Assembly (NCBI GenBank): GCA_008632985.1
Contig: QPGO01000250.1
Location: 62,001-91,492, forward strand
DNA length: 29,492 bases
Origin: Psammoneis japonica
Taxonomy: Eukaryota
Direction: 5' to 3'
The notes beneath the pieces are model-generated. The model worked only from the letters and a program-made list of their open reading frames with translations. It was not told the origin of the DNA and did no database searches. Shown here in pieces: positions 11,001 through 20,052 of this stretch. A program made the translations under genes and the position numbers. The number at the start of each line of letters is the position of its first letter. Position 1 is the first letter of the stretch.

Positions 11001-12192
11001 TACTTGTGGCAAGGCTGCCAGTAGCAACGCTGCTGAGATCGTCGTTCTTGGAAATGAGTGCGTTCAGCAGTTGAGCCACTTGTGTTAGACTCTCATGTAC
11101 AATTTTCTGAATATCATCACTATCTTGCTCCGCCTCCGCAACCTGTTTGGCGTGCTTGAGACTGAGCCATCGCGCGACGCACTTGACCGCCAGGGGATGA
11201 TCTGCGCAAACTTGCACCAACCGGCGCGCTTCTCGTGTTTCCGCCATGGTTCGGTCCAAAATCTGACCCGACTCGGTAACCATGAGACGGATGGCCTCTG
11301 CGTCATAGAGCAAGTCAACTTCCACCGTGTCGGCGGGCAGCAATAAATCGCGACGAGACGTGACCACCAAGAGAGAGCGTGCATTCTTGGAGGGCACTCC
11401 CATCATGTTGACACTGGAAGTCGATCCCGTCAATGGGCAAAACCGAAACCAGTCCAAATCATCGCTGTATTCGACATTTTGAAGCACAATCAGTACTTTG
11501 CGGTCTCGTAATATTTGCGAGACGAGATCGCGTGCAAAACACATGAAACCCACTTGTCGTCCCTCCCGCGTCGAAGATGATTCACCGGGTGTCCGCAAGA
11601 GAACCGGAAAGACCGGCATTCGTTTTTCTGGTATCAGCTGAGACAATAGCTCCTTGAGACAAGAAACGTATCGAGAATAATTCATTTCTTGTGATCCCAC
11701 ATTAACCCAGGCTATCCCGTCCTTGTAGTACCTGCGAACATCATGATGTGTAGTCACCATAGCAGCCATGGTGGCCTTGCCTACACCTCCCATGCCCGGT
11801 GAATAGGGATCACTCCATTCTTCCGGTATCGACGAAATCGAAACAGCAACAGACGTGTTGGAGTCACGTCCCAAGTGACTTCGCAACGACTTTGTTTCGC
11901 ACGTGACCGCCGTGATGATGGATGCGTCCGTCAAGGCGTGCATGGGAAGCAATTTCGAAAGAATACGACTCATTGTTTTAGGACGAGGCAATGGTTCTTC
12001 GTGGATGCTACTCAATATTTCAAGAGCCATGGGTGGGATGCGAGCAAGGTTGCGGTCCTTGTCTTGGACATCCTCGTCGTCCGTTTTTCTTTCGGTGCTC
12101 TTGTTGTCTGGAGTGACAGGATGAAACGCCCCCTTTTCTGATCCTCCAATCTTTGGAACATTTTCGCTATTGATGACAATTTCAAAACTCAT
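8023..12192 (-). CDS. STAND/NB-ARC-like NTPase with long C-terminal TPR array (nephrocystin-3/kinesin-light-chain-like TPRs), about 1389 aa
   Basis: Uninterrupted 4.2-kb ORF with first ATG at 12192 (the ORF track starts at an upstream GTG). Walker A-like GMGGVGKA at ~11773-11796, Walker B-like KVLIVLQNVE, RNBS-B-like LLVVTSR. More than 10 42-aa TPRs of the type A..L.N.G..Y...G....AL..Y..AL.I....G.DH. Normal TA and CG content. The true 5' end may involve an upstream exon. Confidence 0.88.
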   Translation of the reverse strand: MSFEIVINSENVPKIGGSEKGAFHPVTPDNKSTERKTDDEDVQDKDRNLARIPPMALEILSSIHEEPLPRPKTMSRILSKLLPMHALTDASIITAVTCETKSLRSHLGRDSNTSVAVSISSIPEEWSDPYSPGMGGVGKATMAAMVTTHHDVRRYYKDGIAWVNVGSQEMNYSRYVSCLKELLSQLIPEKRMPVFPVLLRTPGESSSTREGRQVGFMCFARDLVSQILRDRKVLIVLQNVEYSDDLDWFRFCPLTGSTSSVNMMGVPSKNARSLLVVTSRRDLLLPADTVEVDLLYDAEAIRLMVTESGQILDRTMAETREARRLVQVCADHPLAVKCVARWLSLKHAKQVAEAEQDSDDIQKIVHESLTQVAQLLNALISKNDDLSSVATGSLATSSLGNTTKSTGSGGDERCDAMYEILNMAFSPEVSGKPTRVIKYCFAALVMVFFKEEHHSLFSPAEVQPKIPMALVDMLLAAALKLEEQRLSQDGPEFFSQLRDATILIPEALAALGVVKVIHVENANTPLFDSASDMSWSDDSSEDADATALLQIMHRFFQEYGDFLATEDPDLQELCIDGERKWNKELVTSHLKNSSGWGTEESTRFYMSEMIISHMIRAGMSQEACQLMHDVEFVRARVECMGRKNATRQHITDCEALYELLAKDENDADGEKEKRSQAFMIEGYKLLGNLLTVDDSDSSGEDDDPVSFVETGTAHYEIGLSLAEKRCWDAAISHWETSEEMLVSSLGVEEFVAAVLFNIGVAYAEIHKHKKAMSFLKRCLRIRGAIHGDHHILFALTVQKIGDVFLAISDFEEAMECYTFALDVMYAAENFYRIDIGDTLGNMGNIHYSKGQIENALQCYQDALHSKKVELGEDHPELAATHQHIGNCLSDLNQTEDAIEQFDKAIWLLRQRRSNDDEQEAEALSIEGVLYNIQGRHEDALASYEKSLVILQTRVPHKKEKIAALLHLIGCVSLVTGDYDKAMDYFEQSLAARDKTLGFVQLEVASTLFNIAFIHQTCNRLKKALEFLEASLKIRVELLPGSEKVALTHEKIGLLSDIAGDTALSISSFKETLRIRRSIHGDSHELVGNVLQELGDLEDEMENHDEAMRCFEEALQIRKNHLGDDHEDVATTLYSMAFTFHHQEKTDEALRCFDDALKIRRNRCGEESREAAEVLNMMGCLKAKMGEIDGALSLLWEALKIRKLHNDVRKVADILKNIGNAHESKKEHELAAECYEECLRIRRDEFGDEHEKVADALIALGSVRSDHEAYDEGRNAYEEALSIRTLLYGNSDMRVAEVVQYLGATEFQCGNYGRAQRYLEEFVRIQNDSEEEKTEELVQVLLMDGNIHKLEGRESMAAESFKKAYQVFQEIDNGDKNPELEEELSKLLPL

Positions 12193-14423
12193 GGTACATT
12201 TCACAGATTGACCTGATGAGACAAGAGATTGCGGACTTGCGGCGCTTCACCACTAGCATCCGCATTGTGTCCCGCCTTTTGGCCGCTTGCGTGACCTTGA
12301 CGCGCACTCCCAAGAGAAAATTTTTGTCTCCATGCGTTGAATTGTGTAGGAGCGCGACTCAACATAACTGCTTTCTTTTATATAAATATATCGAAAATCA
12401 TTCCAACTTATTAGATACTGTTTACATTATTGTCCGCATTTTCTGATAATAAAAATCTCGAGAACCTCTTATTTTTCGATACAATTTTTTACGTCATGAA
12501 GATATTTCAAAAAATTCTTTGATCGGCAACAATGAAACCAACGCCATCACCATCACACCGCGGTGTACACCAACCACAAAACGGGCTTCGTTTGATGACA
12601 ACCCCCAACCAGCAGCAGCGAGGGTTGCTGCACATGCTTCTCAAGGCATTGGGTGTCCCCAAATGAGTGGCTCTTTTTGCACTGGAAGGGGACCACCACA
12701 TCATGCTTCACAAGGCAAAAAGCCAGCTTGATGCCACAGATGGTGCTCGGCATTCTTCAAGCATGATGTGTGGATGCAACTGACATGACAGCTCTCACTG
12801 TGGCAGCAGGATGCCTCCACATCACAGTGGAAGCAGTGCACATGCTGCACAAGGCACTTGACAGCAACACTTGCATGTGTTGATGTGTTGCAGTCTCAAG
12901 CAACAGGGTCGAGCCGGAGGCCAGAGCAGGCCCTTGAATGTCAAAGACAGAGACGCCCACTTGTTTGGACAGAAGATCCCTTCAGAACCTTTCAAATTTC
13001 ATTTTCAAGCAGGCCATTGCAGCAGAATCTTCTCCCAGTCCTTTGATGAGAAGTGGTGTGGGCGTTTGCACTGCTGGAAAAGCTGCGGGGTCTGGCCGGT
13101 GAGAGCCGAAGCCTGTGCTGCAACAAAAGGGCAAAAAAACTCCTTCTCACAAAGCACAAATGGCAGGCAAATCTGCTGGGCCCCAAGGACTGACACAATG
13201 ACAACAATGTCATTGATGCAAGGGTTGCCTTGCGCAGCAGATTGATTTTGTCTTTGCAGCTGGCGCGGCTCTGGGCCACAAAGAGCTCACAGCTTCGTTG
13301 AGGAGGCACCACTCAAGCTCACCAATGAACACATCAAAGTCATGGGCAGCGTGAGTTCAAAGTGCTTCAAGGAATTCCAGGACCTCTTTGTGGAAGGATT
13401 TGTGGTGGTGCAGAACAACTCCAATGTGTTGCTCTTGGTCTGGCTGAAATCATGATGCACAATGGCAGCTGCCCACATGCTTTGCTGGAGCAGCTTCAAA
13501 TGGTTGACATGCCAAAATTGAGCCTGAAAAAAAAGCCTTGGTCTTATCTCACAAGTTCCTTGCATGTGTTGGCGTCTATTTCACAATCATTTGTCAGCCT
13601 CGCACTCATTTTGTTCAACCTTTTGCACACAACAAAAAATTGCACAATGGCGCTGGCACTCATTGGCTGCATGTGACATGTTTCAGCACCGCTTGAGTGG
13701 CAGTGCCATTTGGCTCATTTTGAAAATGTGGGCACTCCAACTGCGCTGTTGCAGAAACAGAAAAAGGCTCTGGATGAGTTGACAAAAGCACAGTTGGATC
13801 AGCGCAATTCCTTTGCAAGAAAGAACGTGACTTTGTTTGAGATGTTGTGACGTGGTGTGGAAGGGTTGCACTTCAATGAGACAGAGTCAAACAAAAGGCA
13901 CTTGCCCCACAGCGCACAGAAGAGTTGTGCATTCTTGCTTGCTGCTGCATCTCAATGTGCAGCTGTGCTGAGATGATGTCTGGAAAGCATCCAAGACTGT
14001 CCCCAATGATGCGAGGGTGTTCAACATGAACAAGAGCTGCCCCCCGTGATTGTGCGCTGCATCTCCTGATGTGGATGTCAGTTTGGACATTGTGGAGTGT
14101 TCACGCATGTGGCCATTGAGGTGTCAGAGCCTGAGCCAGAGAAAACCAAGGAGAAAAACTTGGAAATCATCCCTGTGAATTCATCTCCAGACTTGCAAGA
14201 AGAAACAAAAAGGGAAACAGCAGAAGACACCAACAAGAAGGAGAAGAGCGAGAAACAAAACCAATCTCAGAGGATGGGAAAAAGTGAGATGGCGGACATC
14301 ATCTTGGCCAACAAGCAATGCCATCACCAGAAGATTGAGAACACAAAAGATGCTTCCTGACAAACCTTGTGCCAATCATGCATTGTTGGCTGAGGTGGAA
14401 AAAACAGTGCGGCTCTTGTCTTG

Positions 14424-14570
14424 CAGCGCCAAATGGAAAAGGGCGCAAAACAGCCAAGGCCACAAAACACGGACAAGGTCACAAAATCAAGAAGGGCAAA
14501 AACTGGCGGCTCAAGGTGCAAAATGGATGAGGGCACAAAATCATCAAGGGCACAAGATGGCTGAGGGCAC
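14424..14570 (+). repeat. Degenerate tandem array of about 9 units of 16-21 bp, core (A)AGGGCACAAAAT
   Basis: Units include agggcgcaaaacagcc / aaggccacaaaacacggac / aaggtcacaaaatcaag / aagggcaaaaactggcggctc / aaggtgcaaaatggatg / agggcacaaaatcatc / aagggcacaagatggctg / agggcacac. Confidence 0.7.
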
Positions 14571-15160
14571 ACGTTTCGATGCTCATCATCGATCGAATTG
14601 CACTGCACTTTTGTTTCAGTGTCTCGCTTGTTTTCTTTGACATGGTCATCTTTGTGAACCCCACAGAGAAGATCTTGATCAATGTGCCAGCCCTGTGGAT
14701 GAGCAATGGGTGATGTTTTGGTGTCGGTGTCGACATCATTTCGTTTCAATTGACATTCTTCGTTGTGTTGGAGTGGGGCTGCGGGGTGTCCCACGCTCCC
14801 TTTTGGACCAAACCAAGCAAGCTGCAGTTGACACTGTCACGAGGAATGACAATTGCAGTGCGCAATGGGAGGGTGTTGATGTCCATGACGCTGCCAAGTG
14901 CCGGTTGGCAGTGCTCCCTCGTTCAGAGAACGCAAACTGGGGTCAGATCTTGGTGGCGTGGAGAGTCTGCGATTGGAGTGTGAGCGAGCAGGCTGGAATC
15001 TCGAGCAGTTCACTTCTCAAGGATGTGTGCAAAAGGTGTGCTCACATTTAAAGGAGCATTGATGCATCATGGATTTGCAGTGCTGGCATGAGGATTTACA
15101 AACTGACAATGTCGTTCTCCGTCTCCATCTTTCCCATCCAGTGGCGTCTTAATTTTTCCT
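14571..15160 (+). repeat. Dispersed repeat copy A (TpA-mutated), homologous to 18841-19440
   Basis: Colinear direct similarity with shared anchors such as ttttctttgacatg, gtgtcggtgtcgaca, aaccaagcaagct, tgtgagcgag.aggctggaatctcg, attgatgcatcatg and atctttcccatc. Confidence 0.92.
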
Positions 15161-15947
15161 TGCCACAAGCACTGCATCCACTGCACCTTCTCTGTTGGCT
15201 TGGTGAGCACGCTTTCTAAAAGCTTTTCCATTTTGACAACATCTGAAAGCAAGTCAATGCGCTCGCAGAGCATGGTGGGGACGTGACCGCGTGGAGTCAT
15301 GTTTGGGAACTTGCGTGCCGCGTCGGACTCAAGTGCATGGACCTTGCGTGATTTGTTGCTCTTGCCACTTTCTTCCCATGAGTGTCTGCCATGATGTGGC
15401 CTGGCCACATGGGAAAAAGGAGAAACAAACGACAGTGTGTGGCACAGCACCATGAGCAGACATGACACACAAAAAACAGAGACACAGTCACTCACTGCCG
15501 ACAACGCTCCACGTCAAAACCTTGACCTTCATCGCACGTCTTGAAGAAACAATCCATCCAATGGCAGCAATTGTGTTCTCAAGTGTCCTTCTCAAATGAT
15601 TCCTGTTCTCTAAAACTTGACAACTGGACGACATTCGTTGCTGGCATCTTTTGGGAGATGCGAGCGGGAGTGTTTGACAAGAACAAACAATGCACCGCGT
15701 TTGCACGACTTGCGCGCAGGAATCAAAGTGGCTCGCAGATGCGTTGTCTGGAAAATGTAACGAGACATGCACACAACATCTCCTGCCGCAATGACACTTT
15801 GTCGGAGCCATTGCGAGGTCTCACGGTTGGATGTGCAAGTCGGACTTCTTCTGCAATTTCCGTTGGGGCTGTTTGGTGCTGTACGTCATTCCTGAAGACG
15901 GAATCTCGACTTGAAATAAAAACAAGTCGGCACTTTCACAAGAGACA

Positions 15948-15949
<2 letters not shown>

Positions 15950-15985
<36 letters not shown>
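15950..15985 (+). repeat. (CT)18 microsatellite
   Basis: Perfect CT dinucleotide run seen directly. Confidence 0.97.
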
Positions 15986-15987
<2 letters not shown>

Positions 15988-16927
15988 TCATCACAGAACT
16001 GGGCCATTTCTACATTCCTTCGATTGATCCTCTGCAAAGGTGCGAGTGAATTGGAAGGGTGCGGTTTATCTTGCAACGTCAACGAGAGCATGACATTGAT
16101 TGCATTTTGCCGACTGGGAGCGACTTTCACAGGTTTTCAAGCAGTGCGGAAGACTTTGGGAAATGATGCCACACGCGTGTTGGCGCCAAAGAAGAAAGCA
16201 AAGAGCCACATGCTTAAAAGTCGTCCTGCCACGAAACACCCTCTGGAGGAAGTTGCGTGGAGCGGATCGACTGGCAAGTTCTCTACAATGATTGTCCGCT
16301 GCTCCATTCGGTCGAAATCTGGGAGGGTGGCTGCTGCAGTGACAATCTGCCAGGATGGACTGTGCTGCTGTTCTTATGCTTGAGACAGGCCCTGCCATTG
16401 ACAAGAAACCAGTGCGCAACTAAAGGGTGCCAAACTAGTCCACCGGTGCCGTAGAAGCGTCCTTGGCCTTCGATCTATCGGTTGGGACACGAACGACAAA
16501 AATTGCGATCAAAACTAGTTTACGACGACACGGAGAAGTGTTGGATAATTTTTTTGTTTTTATTTAATGTTTGTATTGTACAAGACTCTAGTCATCTTGA
16601 TTGAATGAAAGCAACATTAGATTGCCCAACTGAAATAGAACAGCAAAGTATCTCCATGCGTTTCCGTCTTGAACAGTTTCCTCGGCTTCAATTTTCCTTT
16701 TCCACTTGCCTCCACTTTCAAAAAGAAAGCGCCTCTTTCAGATTTTTGCTTCAGAAACAACTCGTTTTGCACATATAAAATGAGCATGAGTTTGAGTGCC
16801 ACATGGATCTCTCATTTTCGTTCACATGTTGTTCGAGAACAAAGACATGCTTCGGAATCAGCTTGATGAACATGTGTGTCCAATGCAAGCTTGAAATCGA
16901 GACCCAGCGTGATCAATCAAACATTCC

Positions 16928-18010
16928 TTAACAAAGTACTTCCATGGTCGCACCTCTCATATCGATGGCAAAGGCCTGCTTTATTGAAAAAGCGAGCCAG
17001 AAAAACAAGTCACAGCCGCATCCGCATAAAAACACTCGGCAATCCTCCCCAGTCGAACATCTTGTTGGAATGATCGTCACAAGATTGCACAAACGATATC
17101 CTCTCCCCCAATTTAGCACCTTACAAGTCGCAATCCGGATCGTCGTCAAAGATGTCAATAAAAACCTCAAAGTGAACCACCCCCCTCCTGAGCCGAGCTG
17201 GTCCGAAAGGTGGTCCTCGGTCGTCTGTTTCTCGCGTCCGTCGCCCAATTTCACATCGTAGAACGGGTCAAGGTCATCGTCAAAATAGACCCTTAAAATC
17301 TTTGCCCTGCACGTCTTGTCTGGATGGCGATAATACGCGTACTGCCCCTTCTTGAATTTGGACGTTGGCTCCTTCCAAGGCTTCTTGACACGGTCGTCGC
17401 GATGGCTCGACAGATCGTCCTCGGTTGATGGTAAAAACGATCCCGTAACGTGCATGCGAATGAGACAGGCCAGTGCCACTACCAACATGAGACGGAAGAG
17501 AAATCCCATAAGGCCACTGATATCAAAATTCTTGAAAGCCATGCCGATGTGAAACACGACAAAAGCAGCAGTCAAATCGAAGCGCTTCAAAACGGCTGCT
17601 GCGCTCGCAAAGTCGACACGCTTGATGCATTCCTTGGACATGTCAACAACGAGTCCCATGCACTTCAATAAGATTGATTTGGACTTGATGGCAACGAAAT
17701 GGAGTTGGCTCCAGATGGGAGACCCGATGATGGAGGACCAAATCGATTTGACAGTGACGTTCGGAAACCACTGCTGCTTGACATGCAAAAAGTCCTCCGT
17801 GAGCCCCAACAACCCCTGGTACAATCCATAGATAAACGTCGAGAATATCGTGATAGAAACAACATCGAGATCTTGTAGTAAGGCGCAATAACCGACCCAA
17901 AGAGCAAAACGAAGCCAATCGCTCGCGCTCTTGCGTTGAATCATAACTGCAATCAAGTCACAGTGGCTGACATTGATAACTGCGTTCATAAAGAGGATAG
18001 AGGACATCAT
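16928..18010 (-). CDS. Putative membrane protein (several hydrophobic segments) with a C-terminal Tudor/SH3-like beta-barrel module
   Basis: 360-aa ORF starting at ATG, with hydrophobic stretches such as FISGLMGFLFRLMLVVALACLI-like. Motif FKKGQYAYYRHPDKTCRAKILRVYFDDDLDPFYDVKLGDGREKQTTEDHLS resembles a small barrel domain common in diatom proteins. The C-terminal tail is uncertain (possible intron or read-through). Confidence 0.6.
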   Translation of the reverse strand: MMSSILFMNAVINVSHCDLIAVMIQRKSASDWLRFALWVGYCALLQDLDVVSITIFSTFIYGLYQGLLGLTEDFLHVKQQWFPNVTVKSIWSSIIGSPIWSQLHFVAIKSKSILLKCMGLVVDMSKECIKRVDFASAAAVLKRFDLTAAFVVFHIGMAFKNFDISGLMGFLFRLMLVVALACLIRMHVTGSFLPSTEDDLSSHRDDRVKKPWKEPTSKFKKGQYAYYRHPDKTCRAKILRVYFDDDLDPFYDVKLGDGREKQTTEDHLSDQLGSGGGWFTLRFLLTSLTTIRIATCKVLNWGRGYRLCNLVTIIPTRCSTGEDCRVFLCGCGCDLFFWLAFSIKQAFAIDMRGATMEVLC

Positions 18011-18840
18011 GGTGATGATGGTGATGCAATGTCTTTGTTGTTTGTACCTTCAAAGAAATTGTGACAGCTTGAATCGATGCCTTTCGAAGGGCGCTCGGAC
18101 AGTCGTCAGTACAAAGACACGTAGAATGTACGAGGAATCCCGGCAAAAAGAAAGTCTTGGCACCGTTTCACCATACGGTATACTAATATCGGGCTGGATA
18201 TATGTATTGGCCGAAACCGACCTCTAACATCATGGTCACTACCGGTAAACATGTTCCGACATCATGGTGGTGTTGCGATCAATTCGGTTGCTTTTTGACG
18301 CTTTGATGGATGTTTGTGTGGTTCAGGGAAGTTCAACATTTCCTATTATGTCTTTTCCTCTGCCACGTATCTTCTATTTAGTAAAGGCTATTGTTTGACG
18401 ATATGTCTACTTTCGTTGATTCATCTTTTTATTTAGGACTCTTTCTTCACACATATGTATGGTATCATAGTACTTCTCCATGGCCTTGTCCCTTGTCGGC
18501 AAGGATTTATAAGTCTGTCAGGATGTACAAGCTGCGTAGAACGCGTGTTGCCATGCGTGGTCAACAGCCTCTAAGTAATTTTGACGGTGCGAACTCCGCC
18601 GTTAAAGTATATTAATTTATGGATATTTTGTATATCCTCATTTTTTCAAGGGATCGCGCATCATTCATCAAGCACCACACACCATGATAATCGGAGCGCC
18701 GCTTATTAGACTATTGACGATCCTTTCAACAGTACCAACGCTATCTACTAGTCTTTACCTCCATATAGAAACAGCTTATGTTGCTTTTTCGAAGGTAAGC
18801 GGCCAATTGTAAGGTGAAAAAAGGATTTTGTATTGACACC

Positions 18841-19440
18841 ACGGTTCGAGACTCATTGTCGCTCTCTGTCGCAATCGAATTATATTGTGCTTTTGTTTCG
18901 GCATCTCACTCATTTTCTTTGACATGTTCGTCTTTATAACTCATATAGAGAAGCTGTTGAGCAACTTATCACGCCTACGGACGAACAATATCTCATAGTT
19001 TCGTGTCGGTGTCGACACCATTTCTTTTCAACTCATGTTCTTCCTTATATCGGAACGGGGCTGTGGTGTGTCCTACGCTCTCTTTTGGACTGAACCAAGC
19101 AAGCTACAGTTGATAATTTCACGAATAATGACAATTATAATGTGCAATGGGTTGGATATTGACGTCCATGACCTTGCCGAGTGCCGGTTAGTAGCACTCC
19201 CTCGTTCGGGGACCGAAAACTGGGGTAAATCTTGGTGACGTGGAAAGTATGCGATTGGAATGTGAGCGAGGAGGCTGGAATCTCGTGCAGATAACTCTTA
19301 AGGCTGTGTGCCAAAGAAAGGTATGTTTACATTTAAAGCAGTATTGATGCATCATGCATTTACAGTACCGGCATGACAAACAAACTAACAATATCATTCT
19401 CCATCTCTATCTTTCCCATCTAGGTGGTGTCTTATTTTTG
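18841..19440 (+). repeat. Dispersed repeat copy B (TpA-retaining), inside the hAT element, homologous to 14571-15160
   Basis: Colinear with copy A and retains about 36 TA dinucleotides. Confidence 0.92.
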
Positions 19441-19775
19441 ATTCTTGGCCAGTGATGAGGGGCAATGCATAAAATTTTAGTGCTTCTCTCGGGCTTCAAG
19501 TAATGGACAATGCTTTGGACGAGACGCTTGCATCGTGTGTTTTGCGTCACGCGTATCCTTGCCAGCGGGCGACCCCAAAGTGGATCATTAGCGTGAATCA
19601 GCGCTTGTCGAAACACATGACAATTTGGCGAACTACAGCAGCATACATCATCACTCATCGTTACAACAATCAATCAGTCATTGGGTTGATTGGCAATCGG
19701 CGGCAGATTTTAGAGCTACCATATTTGAAATTCCATTTCGTCTCTGTCTTCATCCACGTACCGTACGCCACCGCA

Positions 19776-19857
19776 CCATCACATTTCGTGCCGTCTGTTA
19801 TCCCCCCTCCATCACGTTTCGTGTGCCGTCTGTTTTCTCCCCTCCATCACGTTTCGT
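19776..19857 (+). repeat. About 2.5 tandem copies of a 33-35 bp unit
   Basis: ccatcacatttcgtgccgtctgttatcccccct / ccatcacgtttcgtgtgccgtctgttttctcccct / ccatcacgtttcgt. Confidence 0.85.
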
Positions 19858-20052
19858 CTTCGAGGTATCTATGATATTTGTGCATGGTTATTTATAAATG
19901 ATAAGTTCGTCCCGTCAGAAGCCCTACGTAGACTGCCGTAAAACGCAGTACAAATTTTAACGGTGTTCGTACCACGCATGGCAACAGGCTCGTGCGTAGA
20001 TTTGTACCGGAGCTTGTACATCCTGACAGACTTATAAATCCTTGCTTGTCGG

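Larger units (their letters stand above)
12505..16400. other. Second TpA-depleted hypermutated block (decayed repeat/TE mosaic)
   Basis: About 7 TA between 12505 and 15600, rising gradually from 15600 to 16430. Contains a copy of a repeat also present at 18841-19440. Confidence 0.9.
18500..20044. mobile_element. Non-autonomous hAT-type DNA transposon (1545 bp) with perfect TIRs and 8-bp TSD
   Basis: Perfect 34-bp TIRs CAAGGATTTATAAGTCTGTCAGGATGTACAAGCT at 18500-18533 and 20011-20044. Further subterminal inverted match TGTTGCCATGCGTGGT at 18546-18561 and 19971-19986. Identical flanking 8-mers CTTGTCGG at 18492-18499 and 20045-20052. An 8-bp TSD with CA...TG ends is typical of hAT. No transposase ORF inside. 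Confidence 0.88.

Noticed and set aside
8089..12141. Plus-strand ORFs overlapping the TPR gene
   Set aside because: Antisense shadows of the long minus-strand CDS.
14424..14570. CRISPR-like array
   Set aside because: Units are short and degenerate with no constant-length unique spacers. The context is eukaryotic and has no cas genes.
12507..16454. ORFs up to 280 aa in block 2
   Set aside because: Same compositional artefact. The longest one runs through a (CT)18 microsatellite.
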